A stretch of 64,000 bases of DNA. Source: Eledone cirrhosa (lineage: Eukaryota). This document shows positions 23,680 to 34,700 of the stretch, piece after piece. The notes beneath the pieces are model-generated. The model was not told the origin of the DNA. It was given only the letters and a program-made list of their open reading frames with translations, and did no database searches. The position numbers were made by a program, and so were the translations under genes. The stretch covers positions 77,004,001 through 77,068,000 of the forward strand of contig OZ024740.1 in NCBI GenBank assembly GCA_964016885.1, written 5' to 3'. How positions within the stretch are numbered: the stretch's first letter is position 1; each line of letters starts with the position of its first letter.

Positions 23680-24070
23680 CACATCTACGAATAAAGATCT
23701 TCGATCGTTTTTCCCCTCTTTTTAGACATTAGTGTATATAGAAGCACGTTCTCGTGTGATCTTTTTAAAACAGTATGATGTGATTTTAAGGCGAGTTCGC
23801 TGCTACTTCTAGCAGCCTGATCTACTGTAGGCATGTCTTTGTTGGTTCGTAGCTAGAAGAGGGTTTTATAGTTATTTATCTACAAATCGGCTCTGATCGA
23901 GCATATCTATAATCAAAAACATTATAGTTATGACCATCCTGGCGTCTTATCTACAATGGACTACATTATCTAATGTTACCCTTTATTCATTTAAGTTCTG
24001 TGGGATTTGGGAAACATTCGTCTGTCATTTTCAGCCAGACTAGACTCCGCGTAGAGGCACTCTTATGGAC
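23680..24070 (+). repeat. Old dispersed repeat family, tandem degenerate pieces
   Basis: gctgctacttctagcag, tgaccatcc, gactacattatctaatgt and cgtagaggcactc, shared with 9650-9960 and 26735-26940. Confidence 0.5.
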
Positions 24071-24581
24071 AGCAGAGATAAAGTAATGGTTAAGCTATGC
24101 TGGTTAAGCCATATGGACTGTGCAATGACATAGGCATCGATTTTTAAGATCAGAGTGAACCAGAGAATACTATGAATACTGCTCCTTTCTTCCAAATCTT
24201 CCAGTTACAAATATACAGCAACAAATGAAGTCGACCTGGATGGGACTTGATCTCAGAACCTGAAGAGATATAGATAACTAGTGATCCTATTCCTCCAATT
24301 TCTGTACATCACATTATATAATATTCAACGGAGGATGATAATATGTCTTAACAGACTGTTTTACATAAATAATTCCACTCACACAATAGCAACTCACACG
24401 GCTGTCAACCGTTTCCGTTGCAGCTGCTACCACAGACACTACACTAACACTAACAATAGCAGCAGTGGCAGTAGCAGCGGCAGCAACATCAACAACAGCA
24501 ACAACAGCAACAACAGCAACAATAACTGCAGTAACAAAACAATTAGCAACAACAATAATAATAACAACAACTATGATAATA

Positions 24582-24772
24582 GTTTCTAAGTTAGGAGCGA
24601 GGCCAGCGATTTAGGGGAAGGGTAAAGTCGGTTCAATTAACTAAAGTACTTGTCTGGGATTATCTTTTATCGGTCCAGAAAAGATGAAAGGCAAAGTTGC
24701 CATCGACGGGATTTGAACTCAGAGTGTAAAGAGCCGGAACAAATACAGCAAGGCATTCTGGCCGACGCCCTA
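24582..24772 (-). mobile_element. tRNA-head SINE (older subfamily)
   Basis: gatgaaaggcaaagtt, gggatttgaactcagag, and tail gtttctaagttagg. Embedded in (CAA)/(ATA)/(CTA) repeats at 24440-24580 and 24810-24975. Confidence 0.75.
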
Positions 24773-24937
24773 AAGTAATACAAATAACAGCTACTAGTAT
24801 GGTAGCATTAACAACAACAACAACAACAACAACAATGATAATGATAATAACAACAACAACAGCTATAATAAAAAATACAATAACAAGAACCCATGTAAAA
24901 ATAAGAATAACAGCTACTACTACTACTACTACTACTA

Positions 24938-24976
<39 letters not shown>

Positions 24977-25140
24977 TGAGCCGTAACTCCTGGTGGAATC
25001 GTAGGGGCAGTATATTAACATATGGCGTTTCATGGCATTTTTTGAAAAATCTGGTGGAGTCCTTTCCATGTCTGAACACAGCAGATTTCTTCCAGCGATG
25101 AACACAGAGAGAAAGCAAAGGAGAAAGCGATATAGAAGAA

Positions 25141-25300
25141 GAATCGACCGCAGTACTCGACTGGTACTATTTTATCGACCACGAATGGATGAAAGGCAAA
25201 GTTGACCACGGTGGGATTTGATCTCAGTGAGCAGAGAGGCCGAACAAATACCGCATCGTATTCTATCCGACGTTCTAACGTTTCTGCCAATTCAACGCCT
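25141..25300 (-). mobile_element. tRNA-head SINE (older subfamily)
   Basis: ctggtactattttatcgacc, gatgaaaggcaaagttgacc and ctaacgtttctgccaattcaacgcct. Confidence 0.75.
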
Positions 25301-25489
25301 ATATTTCTACTATTACACTAACAAGCACAACAACAACAACTACTACTACTACTACTACAATAACAACTATTATACTACTACTACTACAACTACTAGTGTT
25401 ATAACAATAACAACGAAAATAATTACATCAACTACAGTAATACTAACAACTACAGTGCCAACTATAACTACTAATAGCTTCACATGCTA

Positions 25490-26480
25490 GAAATTGAACC
25501 TGGGTGATCGGTCATGGCATGGGTGATGAGAAGAGGAGAAACAAGTAAGTCAGGAGCACCTGAATGGAGATTGTACGAGGCCAGTCATCTGCAGGTAGAT
25601 ACGGCTACGCTAGCAGCAAAAGCAAAAGTAGACAGCACGTCATATAATGGAACGTGACTGAGTGAATTTATGCCAGATAGTCGAGTAGATTTTCCTCTGT
25701 GTGCGATCTTGACTGTGTGTAGCACCAGCAGTCTTTCAGATGTGAAAATAATTGTTTCTACTTTTTGGCACAGGGCCAGCAAATAACCAGTACATTACTG
25801 GTACTTTATATTATCGACCCCGTAAGGATGAAAGGCAAAGTCAACCTCGGCGGGATTAATGCTACATTGTGAGTCTCATCTCAGCTTTGTAGAGAATCAG
25901 TAATTGCTAGAGAGTAAAATATTTTCTAGGTCCGAAGAGAAAAAACAATCTTTGAGATATAGTGTTAGCAATTTAAGGATGTATGTTCTCTGTGACGTGC
26001 TCAATAGAGATTTAAGTTTTAGGGCAAATGAGAGGGTTATACTTAGTTGTATGTTTGAATGTTGCTCATTTTAATTGAGAGTGAAGTTCGATGATCTTTT
26101 CTTTAATACGAGCAGTGCTTGTGTTTTTTGTTGTTGAAAGAGATGAGATTGGAATGATGTTTTCGAGGTCTCTGTTTATGAAGTCAGTAAATGTTTTGTG
26201 TTAGGTGCATACACCTCATATGGGGACCGCTTACTTGGGGAAAGGTATGGGAGAATAAAAGGAAATTCACATATCAGAGATGGTCGAAAGCCTTGTTTTC
26301 ATCAAATTTCGTAAGAGTGAGAACCCACAGGTGAGTACAAAAGAGTGTAGGCCCACAGCAGATCTGGATCTACGAAGACGTATATGTAATTCTACTTATG
26401 CAGTAGATAATACTGTATTTTTTAAAAAAATGGGTTGGTTACGGCTTGACCATTTTTTGAATCATAGATGTGCTGGATGA
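25490..26480 (-). mobile_element. LINE relic of the same family as 13040-13840, interrupted by a SINE
   Basis: Minus strand acttcataaacagagacctcgaaaacatc matches 13054-13083. KAFDH near 26280-26295 and RKYFTL*QLLILYKAEMRLTM near 25870-25930. Confidence 0.65.
25752..25856 (-). mobile_element. SINE 3' half inserted in the LINE relic
   Basis: Conserved core and tail. Confidence 0.8.
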
Positions 26481-26785
26481 TGGCTGACCGGGGGATGGCA
26501 ACAACCACAACACCATCAGCTGTAACAACAAAGATAACCGCTACGGGTACAATAACATAGAGAGTAATACTAAAAATGTCAATATTTCAAGTTGTTGATT
26601 TTGTTATTGTTGAGGGCGATGGTGTCGGTGGTGATAGGCTTGGTGACAATGTTGGCATTTGGGGTGTCAGTGTTTGTGTCGGTGTTGTTGTTCATAGTTG
26701 GGTTGTCCTCTTTCATATCAATAGAGTAGTCTTATTATCAAAGTTATTCCAGTCGTGACCATCCCGACGTTTGCGTAAGTGTAGG

Positions 26786-26886
26786 GAAGCCAGAACGACA
26801 TTATCTAATATGACCTACCTTGTCTAGGTAGGTCATATTAGATAATGTCGTTCTGGCTTCATATTGCACTAGGGTGCAATATGAAG
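26786..26886. repeat. Two overlapping perfect inverted repeats
   Basis: 35-bp arms 26786-26820 / 26826-26860 (spacer tgtct) and 13-bp arms 26857-26869 / 26874-26886 (spacer tagg). Confidence 0.95.
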
Positions 26887-26949
26887 GATATTTGTTTCCT
26901 ATTTCTAGCAGGCTGAGTGACCAGGTAGACATTCCTGTTTGGGGTGTTG

Positions 26950-28735
26950 AGAGTTGCTATTGTTGCTAGTAGTGGTGGTGGTGGTGGTGGTTGTGATGGT
27001 GGCGGTGGTGGTAGGGTTGGTTGTGATGGTGGCGGTGGTGGTGGTGGTGGTGGTGGTGGTGGTAGTGGTGGTGGTGGTGGTGGTGGTGGCGGTGGTGGTG
27101 GTGGTAGTTGTGTGGTGGTGGTGGTGGTGGTGGTGGTAGAGGTAGTGGTGGTGGTGGTGGTGGTGGTGGTGGTGGTGGTAGAGGTAGTTGTGATGGTGGT
27201 GGTGGTGGTGGTAGTGGTGGTAGAGGTGGTTGTGATGGTGGTGGTGGTGGTGGTGGTGGTGGTGGTAGAGGTGGTTGTGATGGTGGTGGTGGTAGAGGTA
27301 GTTGTGGTGGTGGTAGAGGTAGTTGTGTGGTGGTGGTGGTGGTGGTGGTGGTGGTAGAGGTGGTTATGATGGTGGTGGTGTTGGTGGTGGTGGTGGTGGT
27401 GGAGGTAGAGGTGGGTGTGGTGGTGGTGGTAGAGGTGGTTGTGATGGTGGTGGTGGTGGTGGTGGTGGTGGTAGAGGTGGTTGTGATGGTGGTGGTGGTG
27501 GTGTTGGTGGTGGTGGTAGAGGTAGTTGTGGTGATGGTGGTTGTGGTGGTGGTGGTGGTGGTGGTGGTGGAGGTGGTTGTGATGGTGGCGGTGGTGGTGG
27601 TGGTGGTAGAGGTAGTTGTGGTGGTGGTGGTGGTGGTGGTGGTGGTGGTAGAGGTAGTTGTGGTGGTGGTGATGGTGGTGGTGGTGGTGGAGGTTGTGGT
27701 GGTGATGGTGGTGGTGGTGGTGGTAGTGGTGGTGGTAGAGGTGGTTGTGGTGGTGGTGGTGGTGGTGGTGGGAGGATTTGTGGTAGTGGTGGTGGTGATG
27801 GAGGTGGTGGTGGTGGTGGTGGTGGTGGTGGTGGTGGTGGTGGTGGTGATGGTGGTGGAGGTGGTGGTGGTGGTGGTGTTTGTGGTGGGAGGATTTGTGG
27901 TAGTGGTGGTGGTGATGGAGGTGGTGGTGGTGGTGGTGGTGGTGATGGTGGTGGTGGAGGTGGTGGTGGTTGTGGTGTTTGTGGTGGGAGGATTTGTGGT
28001 AGTGGTGGTGGTGATGGTGGTGGTGGAGGTGGTGGTGGTGGTGGTGGTTGTGATGGTGGAGGTGGTGGTGGTGATGGTGGTGGTGGTTGTGTGGTGGTGG
28101 TGGTGGTGGTTGGACTTGTGGTGGTGATGGTGGTGGTAGTGGTGGTCGTGGTCGTGGTAGTGGTCGTGGTGGTGGTGGTGGTTATGGTTGTGCTGGTGGT
28201 GGTATGGTTGGGCTGGTGGTGGTGATGGTGGTGGTGGTGGTTGTGGTGATAGTGGTGGTAGTAGTGGTGGTGGTGGTGGCGATGGTGTTTGTGGTGGGAG
28301 GAGTTGTGGTAGTGGTTGTGGTGGTGGTGATGGTTGTGATGGTGGAGGTGGTGGTGGTGGTGGTTGTGCTGGTGTTGATGGTGATGGTGGTTGTGGTGGT
28401 GGGGTAGTGGTGGTGGTGGTTGTGCTGGTGGTGGTGGTGGTGGTGGTTGTGATGGTGGTGGTGGTGGTTGTGGTGATGGTGGTGGTAGTGGTGGTGGTGG
28501 AGGTGATGGTGTTTGTGGTGGCAGGAGCTCTGGTATTGGTGGTGGTGCTGTTTGTGATGGTGGTAGTGGTGGTGGTTGGGGTGGTGGTGTTTGGGGTAGT
28601 GGTGCTGGTTGTGGTGCTGGTGGTGGTGGTGGTTCTGCTGGTGGTGGTGATGGTGATGGTAGTGTTGGTGATGATGGTGGTGGTGGTGTTGGTTATGATG
28701 GTGGTGTTGGTGTTGATGGTAGTGGTGGTGTTAGT
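26950..28735 (+). repeat. Degenerate (GGT)n trinucleotide array with recurrent sub-motifs
   Basis: GGT runs interrupted by ggtagaggtagttgt, ggttgtgatggt and gggaggatttgtggtagt (27770, 27887, 27986). Confidence 0.95.
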
Positions 28736-31700
28736 GGCGTTGGTGTTGGTGGTGGGGCTGGAGAGCTGTTGATATTGATGTTGGGGTTCTTAGCGATGGT
28801 GTTGGAGTTGGCGTTGGTGTTGTGGTGGGGCGGGAGTGTTGTTGATGTTGATGTTGGTGTTGTTAGCGATGGTATTGGAGATGGTGTTGGTGTTGGTGGT
28901 GGGGCTGGCGTGCTGTTGATGTTGATGTTGGTGTTGTTAGCGATGGTATTGGAGATGGTGTTGGTGTTGGTGGTGGGGCTGGAGTGCTGTTGATGTTGAT
29001 GTTGGTGTTGTTACCGATGGTATTGAAGTTGGTGTTGGTGTTGGTGGTGGGGCTGGAGTGCTGATGATGTTGATGTTGGTGTTATTAGCGATGGTATTGG
29101 AGTTGGCGTTGGTGTTGGTGGGCGTGGTGGAGTGCTGTTGATGTTGATGTTGGTGTTGTTAGCGATGGTATTGGAGTTGGTGTTGGTGTTGGTGGTTGGG
29201 CTGGAGTGCAGTTGCTGTTGATGTTGGTGTTGTTAGCGATGGTATTGGAGATGTTGTTGGTGTTGGTGGGCGTGGTGGAGTGCTGTTGATGTTGATGTTG
29301 GTGTTGTTAGCGATGGTATTGGAGTTGGTGTTGGTGTTGGTGTTGGGGCTGGAGTGCTGTTGATGTTGATGTTGGTGTTGTTAGCGATGGTATTGGAGTT
29401 GGTGTTGGTGTTGGTGGTAGGGCTGGAGTGCTGCTGATGTTGATGTTGGTGTTGTTAGCGATGGTATTGGTGTTGGTGTTGGTGGTGGGGCTGGAGTGCT
29501 GTTGATGTTGATGTTGGTGTTATTAGCGATGGTATTGGTGTTGGTGTTGGTGGTGGGGCTGGAGTGCTGTTGATGTTGATATTGGTGTTGTTAGCGATGG
29601 TATTGGAGTTGGTGTTGGTGTTTGTGGTTGGGCTGGAGTGCAGTTGCTGTTGATGTTGGTGTTGTTAGCGATGGTATTGGAGTTGGTGTTGGTGTTGGTG
29701 GTGGGGCTGGAGTGCTGTTGATGTTGATGTTGGTGTTGTTAGTGATGTTATTGGAGGTGGCGTTGGTGTTGGTGGTGGCGCTGGAGTGCTGTTGATGTTG
29801 ATGGTGTGTTGTTAGCGATGGTATTGGAGTTGACGTTGGTGTTGGTGTTGGTGGTGGGGCTGGAGTGCTGTTGATGTTGATGTTGGTGTTGTTAGCGATG
29901 GTATTGGAGTTGGCGTTGGTGGTGGGGCTGGAGTGCTGTTGATGTTGATGTTGGTGTTGTTAGCGATGGTATTGGAGTTGGTGTTGGGGTTGGTGGTGGG
30001 GCTGGAGTGTGGTCATGTTGATGTTGGTGTTGTTAGCGATGGTATTGGAATTGGTGTTGGTGTTGGTGGTGGGGCTGGAGTGCTGTTGATGTTGATGTTG
30101 GTGTTGTTAGCGATGGTATTGGAGTTGGTGTTGGTGTTGGTGGTGGGGCTGGAGTGCTGTTGCTGTTGATGTTGGCGTTGTTAGCGATGGTATTGGTGTT
30201 GGTGCTGGTGGTGGGGCTGGAGTGTTGTTGATGTTGATGTTGGTGTTGGTGTTGGTGGTGGGGCTGGAGTGCTGTTGATGTTGATGTTGGTGTTATTAGC
30301 GATGGTATTGGTGTTGGTGTTGGTGTTGGTGGTGAGGCTGGAGTGCTGTTGATGTTGATGTTGGTGTTGTTAGCGATTGTATTGGAGTTGGAGTTGCTGT
30401 TGATAGTGGGACTGGAGTGTTGTTGATGTTGACGTTGGTGTTGTTAACCATGGTATTGGAGTTGGTGTTGGTGATGGTGGTGGGGCTGGACTGCTGTTGA
30501 TGTTGATGTTGGTGTTGTTAGCGATGGTATTGGAGTTGGAGTTGGTGTTGGAGTTGGTGGTGTGGCTGGAGTGCTGTTGATGTCGATGTTGGTGTTGTTA
30601 GCGATGGTGTTGGAGTTGGCGTTGGTGTTGGTGGTGGGGCTAGAGTGTTGCTGACGTTGATGTTGGTGTTGTTAGCGATGGTATTGGAGTTGGTGTTGGT
30701 GATGGTGGTGGGGCTGGAATGCTGTTTATGTTGATGTTGGTGTTGTTAGCGATGGTATTGGAGTTGGCGTTGGTGTTGGTGTTGGTGGTGGGGCTGGAGT
30801 GCTGTTGATATTGATGTTGGTGTTGTTAGCGATGGTATTGGAGTTGGTGTTGGAGGTGGGGCTGGAGTGCTGTCGATGTTGATGTTGATTTTGTTAGCGG
30901 TGGTATTGGAGTTGGCGTTGGTGTTGGTGGTGGGGCTGGAGTGCTGTTGATGTTGATGTTGGTGTTGTTAGCGGTGGTATTGCAGTTGGTGTTGGTGTTG
31001 GTGGTGGGGCTGGAGTGCTGTTGATGTTGATGTTGGTTTTCTTAGCGATGGTATTGGAGTTGGTGTTGGTGTTGGTGGTGGGGCTGGAGTGCTGTTGATG
31101 TTGATGTTGGTGTTGTTAGCGATGGTGTTGGAGTTGGCGTCGGTGTTGGTGTTGGAGCTGGAGTGCTGTTGATGTTGATGTTGGTGTTGTTAGCGATGTC
31201 ATTGGAGGTGGCGTTGGTGTTGGTGGTGGGGCTGGAGTGTTGCTGATGTTGATGTTGGTGTTGTTAGCGATGGTATTGGAGTTGGCGTTGGTGTTGCTTG
31301 TGGGGCTGGAGTGCTGTTGATGTTAATGTTGGTGTTGTTAGCGATGGTATTGGAGTTGGCGTTGGTGTTGGTGGTGGGGCTGGAGTGCTGTTGATGTTGA
31401 TGTTGGTGTTGTTAGCGATGGTATTGGAGTTGGCGTTGGTGTTGGTGGTGGGGCTGGAGTGCTGTTGATGTTGATGTTGGTGTTGTTAGCGATGGTATTG
31501 GTGTTGGCTTTGGCGTTGGTGTTGGTGGTGTGGCTGGAGTGCTGTTGATGTTGATGTTGGTGTTGTTAGCGATGGTATTGGAGTTGGCGTTGGTGTTGGT
31601 GGTGGTGGTGGGGCTGGAGTGCTGTTGATGTTGATGTTGGTGTTGTTAGCGATGGTATTGGTGTTGGCGTTGGTGTTGGTGTTGGTGGTGGGGCTGGAGT

Positions 31701-34700
31701 GCTGTTGATGTTGATGTTGGTGTTGTTAGCGATGGTATTGGTGTTGGCTTTGGCGTTGGTGTTGGTGGTGTGGCTGGAGTGCTGTTGATGTCGATGTTGG
31801 TGTTGTTAGCGATGGTGTTGGAGTTGGCGTTGGTGTTGGTGGTGGGGCTAGAGTGTTGCTGACGTTGATGTTGGTGTTGTTAGCGATGGTATTGGAGTTG
31901 GTGTTGGTGATGGTGGTGGGGCTGGAATGCTGTTTATGTTGATGTTGGTGTTGTTAGCGATGGTATTGGAGTTGGCGTTGGTGTTGGTGTTGGTGGTGGG
32001 GCTGGAGTGCTGTTGATATTGATGTTGGTGTTGTTAGCGATGGTATTGGAGTTGGTGTTGGAGGTGGGGCTGGAGTGCTGTCGATGTTGATGTTGATTTT
32101 GTTAGCGGTGGTATTGGAGTTGGCGTTGGTGTTGGTGGTGGGGCTGGAGTGCTGTTGATGTTGATGTTGGTGTTGTTAGCGGTGGTATTGCAGTTGGTGT
32201 TGGTGTTGGTGGTGGGGCTGGAGTGCTGTTGATGTTGATGTTGGTTTTCTTAGCGATGGTATTGGAGTTGGTGTTGGTGTTGGTGGTGGGGCTGGAGTGC
32301 TGTTGATGTTGATGTTGGTGTTGTTAGCGATGGTGTTGGAGTTGGCGTCGGTGTTGGTGTTGGGGCTGGAGTGCTGTTGATGTTGATGTTGGTGTTGTTA
32401 GCGATGTCATTGGAGGTGGCGTTGGTGTTGGTGGTGGGGCTGGAGTGTTGCTGATGTTGATGTTGGTGTTGTTAGCGATGGTATTGGAGTTGGCGTTGGT
32501 GTTGCTTGTGGGGCTGGAGTGCTGTTGATGTTAATGTTGGTGTTGTTAGCGATGGTATTGGAGTTGGCGTTGGTGTTGGTGGTGGGGCTGGAGTGCTGTT
32601 GATGTTGATGTTGGTGTTGTTAGCGATGGTATTGGAGTTGGCGTTGGTGTTGGTGGTGGGGCTGGAGTGCTGTTGATGTTGATGTTGGTGTTGTTAGCGA
32701 TGGTATTGGTGTTGGCTTTGGCGTTGGTGTTGGTGGTGTGGCTGGAGTGCTGTTGATGTTGATGTTGGTGTTGTTAGCGATGGTATTGGAGTTGGCGTTG
32801 GTGTTGGTGGTGGTGGTGGGGCTGGAGTGCTGTTGATGTTGATGTTGGTGTTGTTAGCGATGGTATTGGTGTTGGCGTTGGTGTTGGTGTTGGTGGTGGG
32901 GCTGGAGTGCTGTTGATGTTGATGTTGGTGTTGTTAGCGATGGTATTGGAGTTGGCGTTGGTGTTGGTGTTGGTGGTGGGGCTGGAGTGCTGTTGATGTT
33001 GATGTTGGTGTTGTTAGCGATGGTATTGGTGTTGGCGTTGGTGTTGGTGTTGGTGTTGGTGGTGGGGCTGGAGTGCTGTTGATGTTGATGTTGGTGTTGT
33101 TAGCGATGGTATTGGAGTTGGCGTTGGTGTTGGTGTTGGTGGTGGGGCTGGAGTGCTGTTGATGTTGATGTTGGTGTTGTTAGCGATGGTATTGGTGTTG
33201 GCGTTGGTGTTGGTGTTGGTGGTGGGGCTGGAGTGCTGTTGATGTTGATGTTGGTGTTGTTAGCGATGGTATTGGAGTTGATGTTGGTGTTGGGGCAGGA
33301 GTGCTGTTGATGTTGATGTAGGTGTTGATAGCGTTGGTATTGGTGTTGGCGTTGGCGTTGGTGTTGGTGGTGGGGCTGGAGTGCTGTTGATGTTGATGTT
33401 GGTGTTGTTAGCGATGGTATTGGAGTTGGCGTTGGTGTTGGTGGTGGGGCTGGAGTGCTGTTGATGTTGATGTTGGTGTTGTTAGCGATGGTATTGGAGG
33501 TGGCGTTGTTGTTGGTGGTGGGGCTGGAGTGCTGTTGATGTTGATGTTGGTGTTGTTAGCGATGTTATTGGAGTTGGCGTTGGTGATGGTGGTGGGGCTG
33601 GAGTGATGTTGATGTTGATGTTGGTGTTGTTAGCGATGGTATTGGAGGTGGCGTTGGTGTTGGTGGTGGGGTTGGAGTGCTGTTGATGTTGATGTTGGTG
33701 TTGTTAGCGATGGTATTGGAGGTGGCGTTGGTGTTGGTGGTGGGGCTGGAGTGCTGTTGATGTTGATGTTGGTGTTGTTAGCGATGGTACTGGAGGTGGC
33801 GTTGGTGTTGGTGGTGGGGCTGGAGTGCTGTTGATGTTGATGTTGGTGTTGTTAGCGATGGTATTGGAGTTGGCGTTGATGTTGGTGGTGGGGCTGGAGT
33901 GCTGTTGATGTTGATGTTGGTGTTGTTAGCGATGGTATTGGAGGTGGTGGTGGGGCTGGAGTGCTGTTGATGTTGATTTTGGTGTTGTTAGCGATGGTAT
34001 TGGAGTTGGCGTTGATGTTGGTGGTGTCGCTGGAGTGCTGTTGATGTTGATGTTGGTTTTGTTAGCGATGGTATTGGAGGTGGCGTTGGTGTTGGTGGTG
34101 GGGCTGGAGTGCTGTTGATGTTGATGTTGGTGTTGTTAGCGATGTTATTGGAGTTGGCATTGGTGATGGTGGTGGGGCTGGAGTGCTGTTGATGTTGATT
34201 TTGGTGTTGTTAGCGATGGTATTGGCGTTGGTGTTGATGTTGGTGGTGGGGTTGGAGTGCTGTTGATGTTGATGTTGGTGTTGTTAGCGATGGTATTGGA
34301 GTTGGCGTTGGTGTTGGTGGTGGGGCTGGAGTGCTGTTGATGTTGATGTTGGTGTTGTTAGCGATGGTATTGGAGTTGGCGTTGTTGTTGGTGTTGGTGG
34401 TTGGGCTGGAGTGCTATTCATGTTGATGTTGGTGTTGTTAGCGATGTTATTGGAGGTGGCGTTGGGGTTGGTGGTGGGGCTGGAGTGCTGTTGATGTTGA
34501 TGTTCGTATTGTTAGCGATGGTATTGGAGTTGGTGTTGGTGTTGGTGGTGGAGCTGGAGTGCTGTTGATGTTGATGTTGGTGTTGTTAGCGATGGTATTG
34601 AAGTTGGCGTTGGTGTTGGTGGTGGGGCTGGAGTGCTGTTGATGTTGATGTTGGTGTTGTTAGCGATGGTATTGGAGTTGGTGTTGGTGGTGGGGCTGGA

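Noticed and set aside
9994-25856. tRNA genes suggested by B-box GTTCAAATCC motifs
   Set aside because: These are SINE heads fused to a conserved non-tRNA body, with no complete cloverleaf.
26490-26700. Thr/Pro-rich mini-ORF and apparent convergent CA-rich/GT-rich arms
   Set aside because: Decayed trinucleotide microsatellites; no true inverted-repeat pairing and early stops.
26944-28993. Gly/Cys-rich loricrin- or keratin-associated-like ORFs (e.g. 27323..28225)
   Set aside because: Expected from (GGT)n lacking stops. Frames switch between poly-Gly and poly-Val at gttgtgtggtgg slips, starts are non-ATG, and there is no signal peptide or splice evidence.
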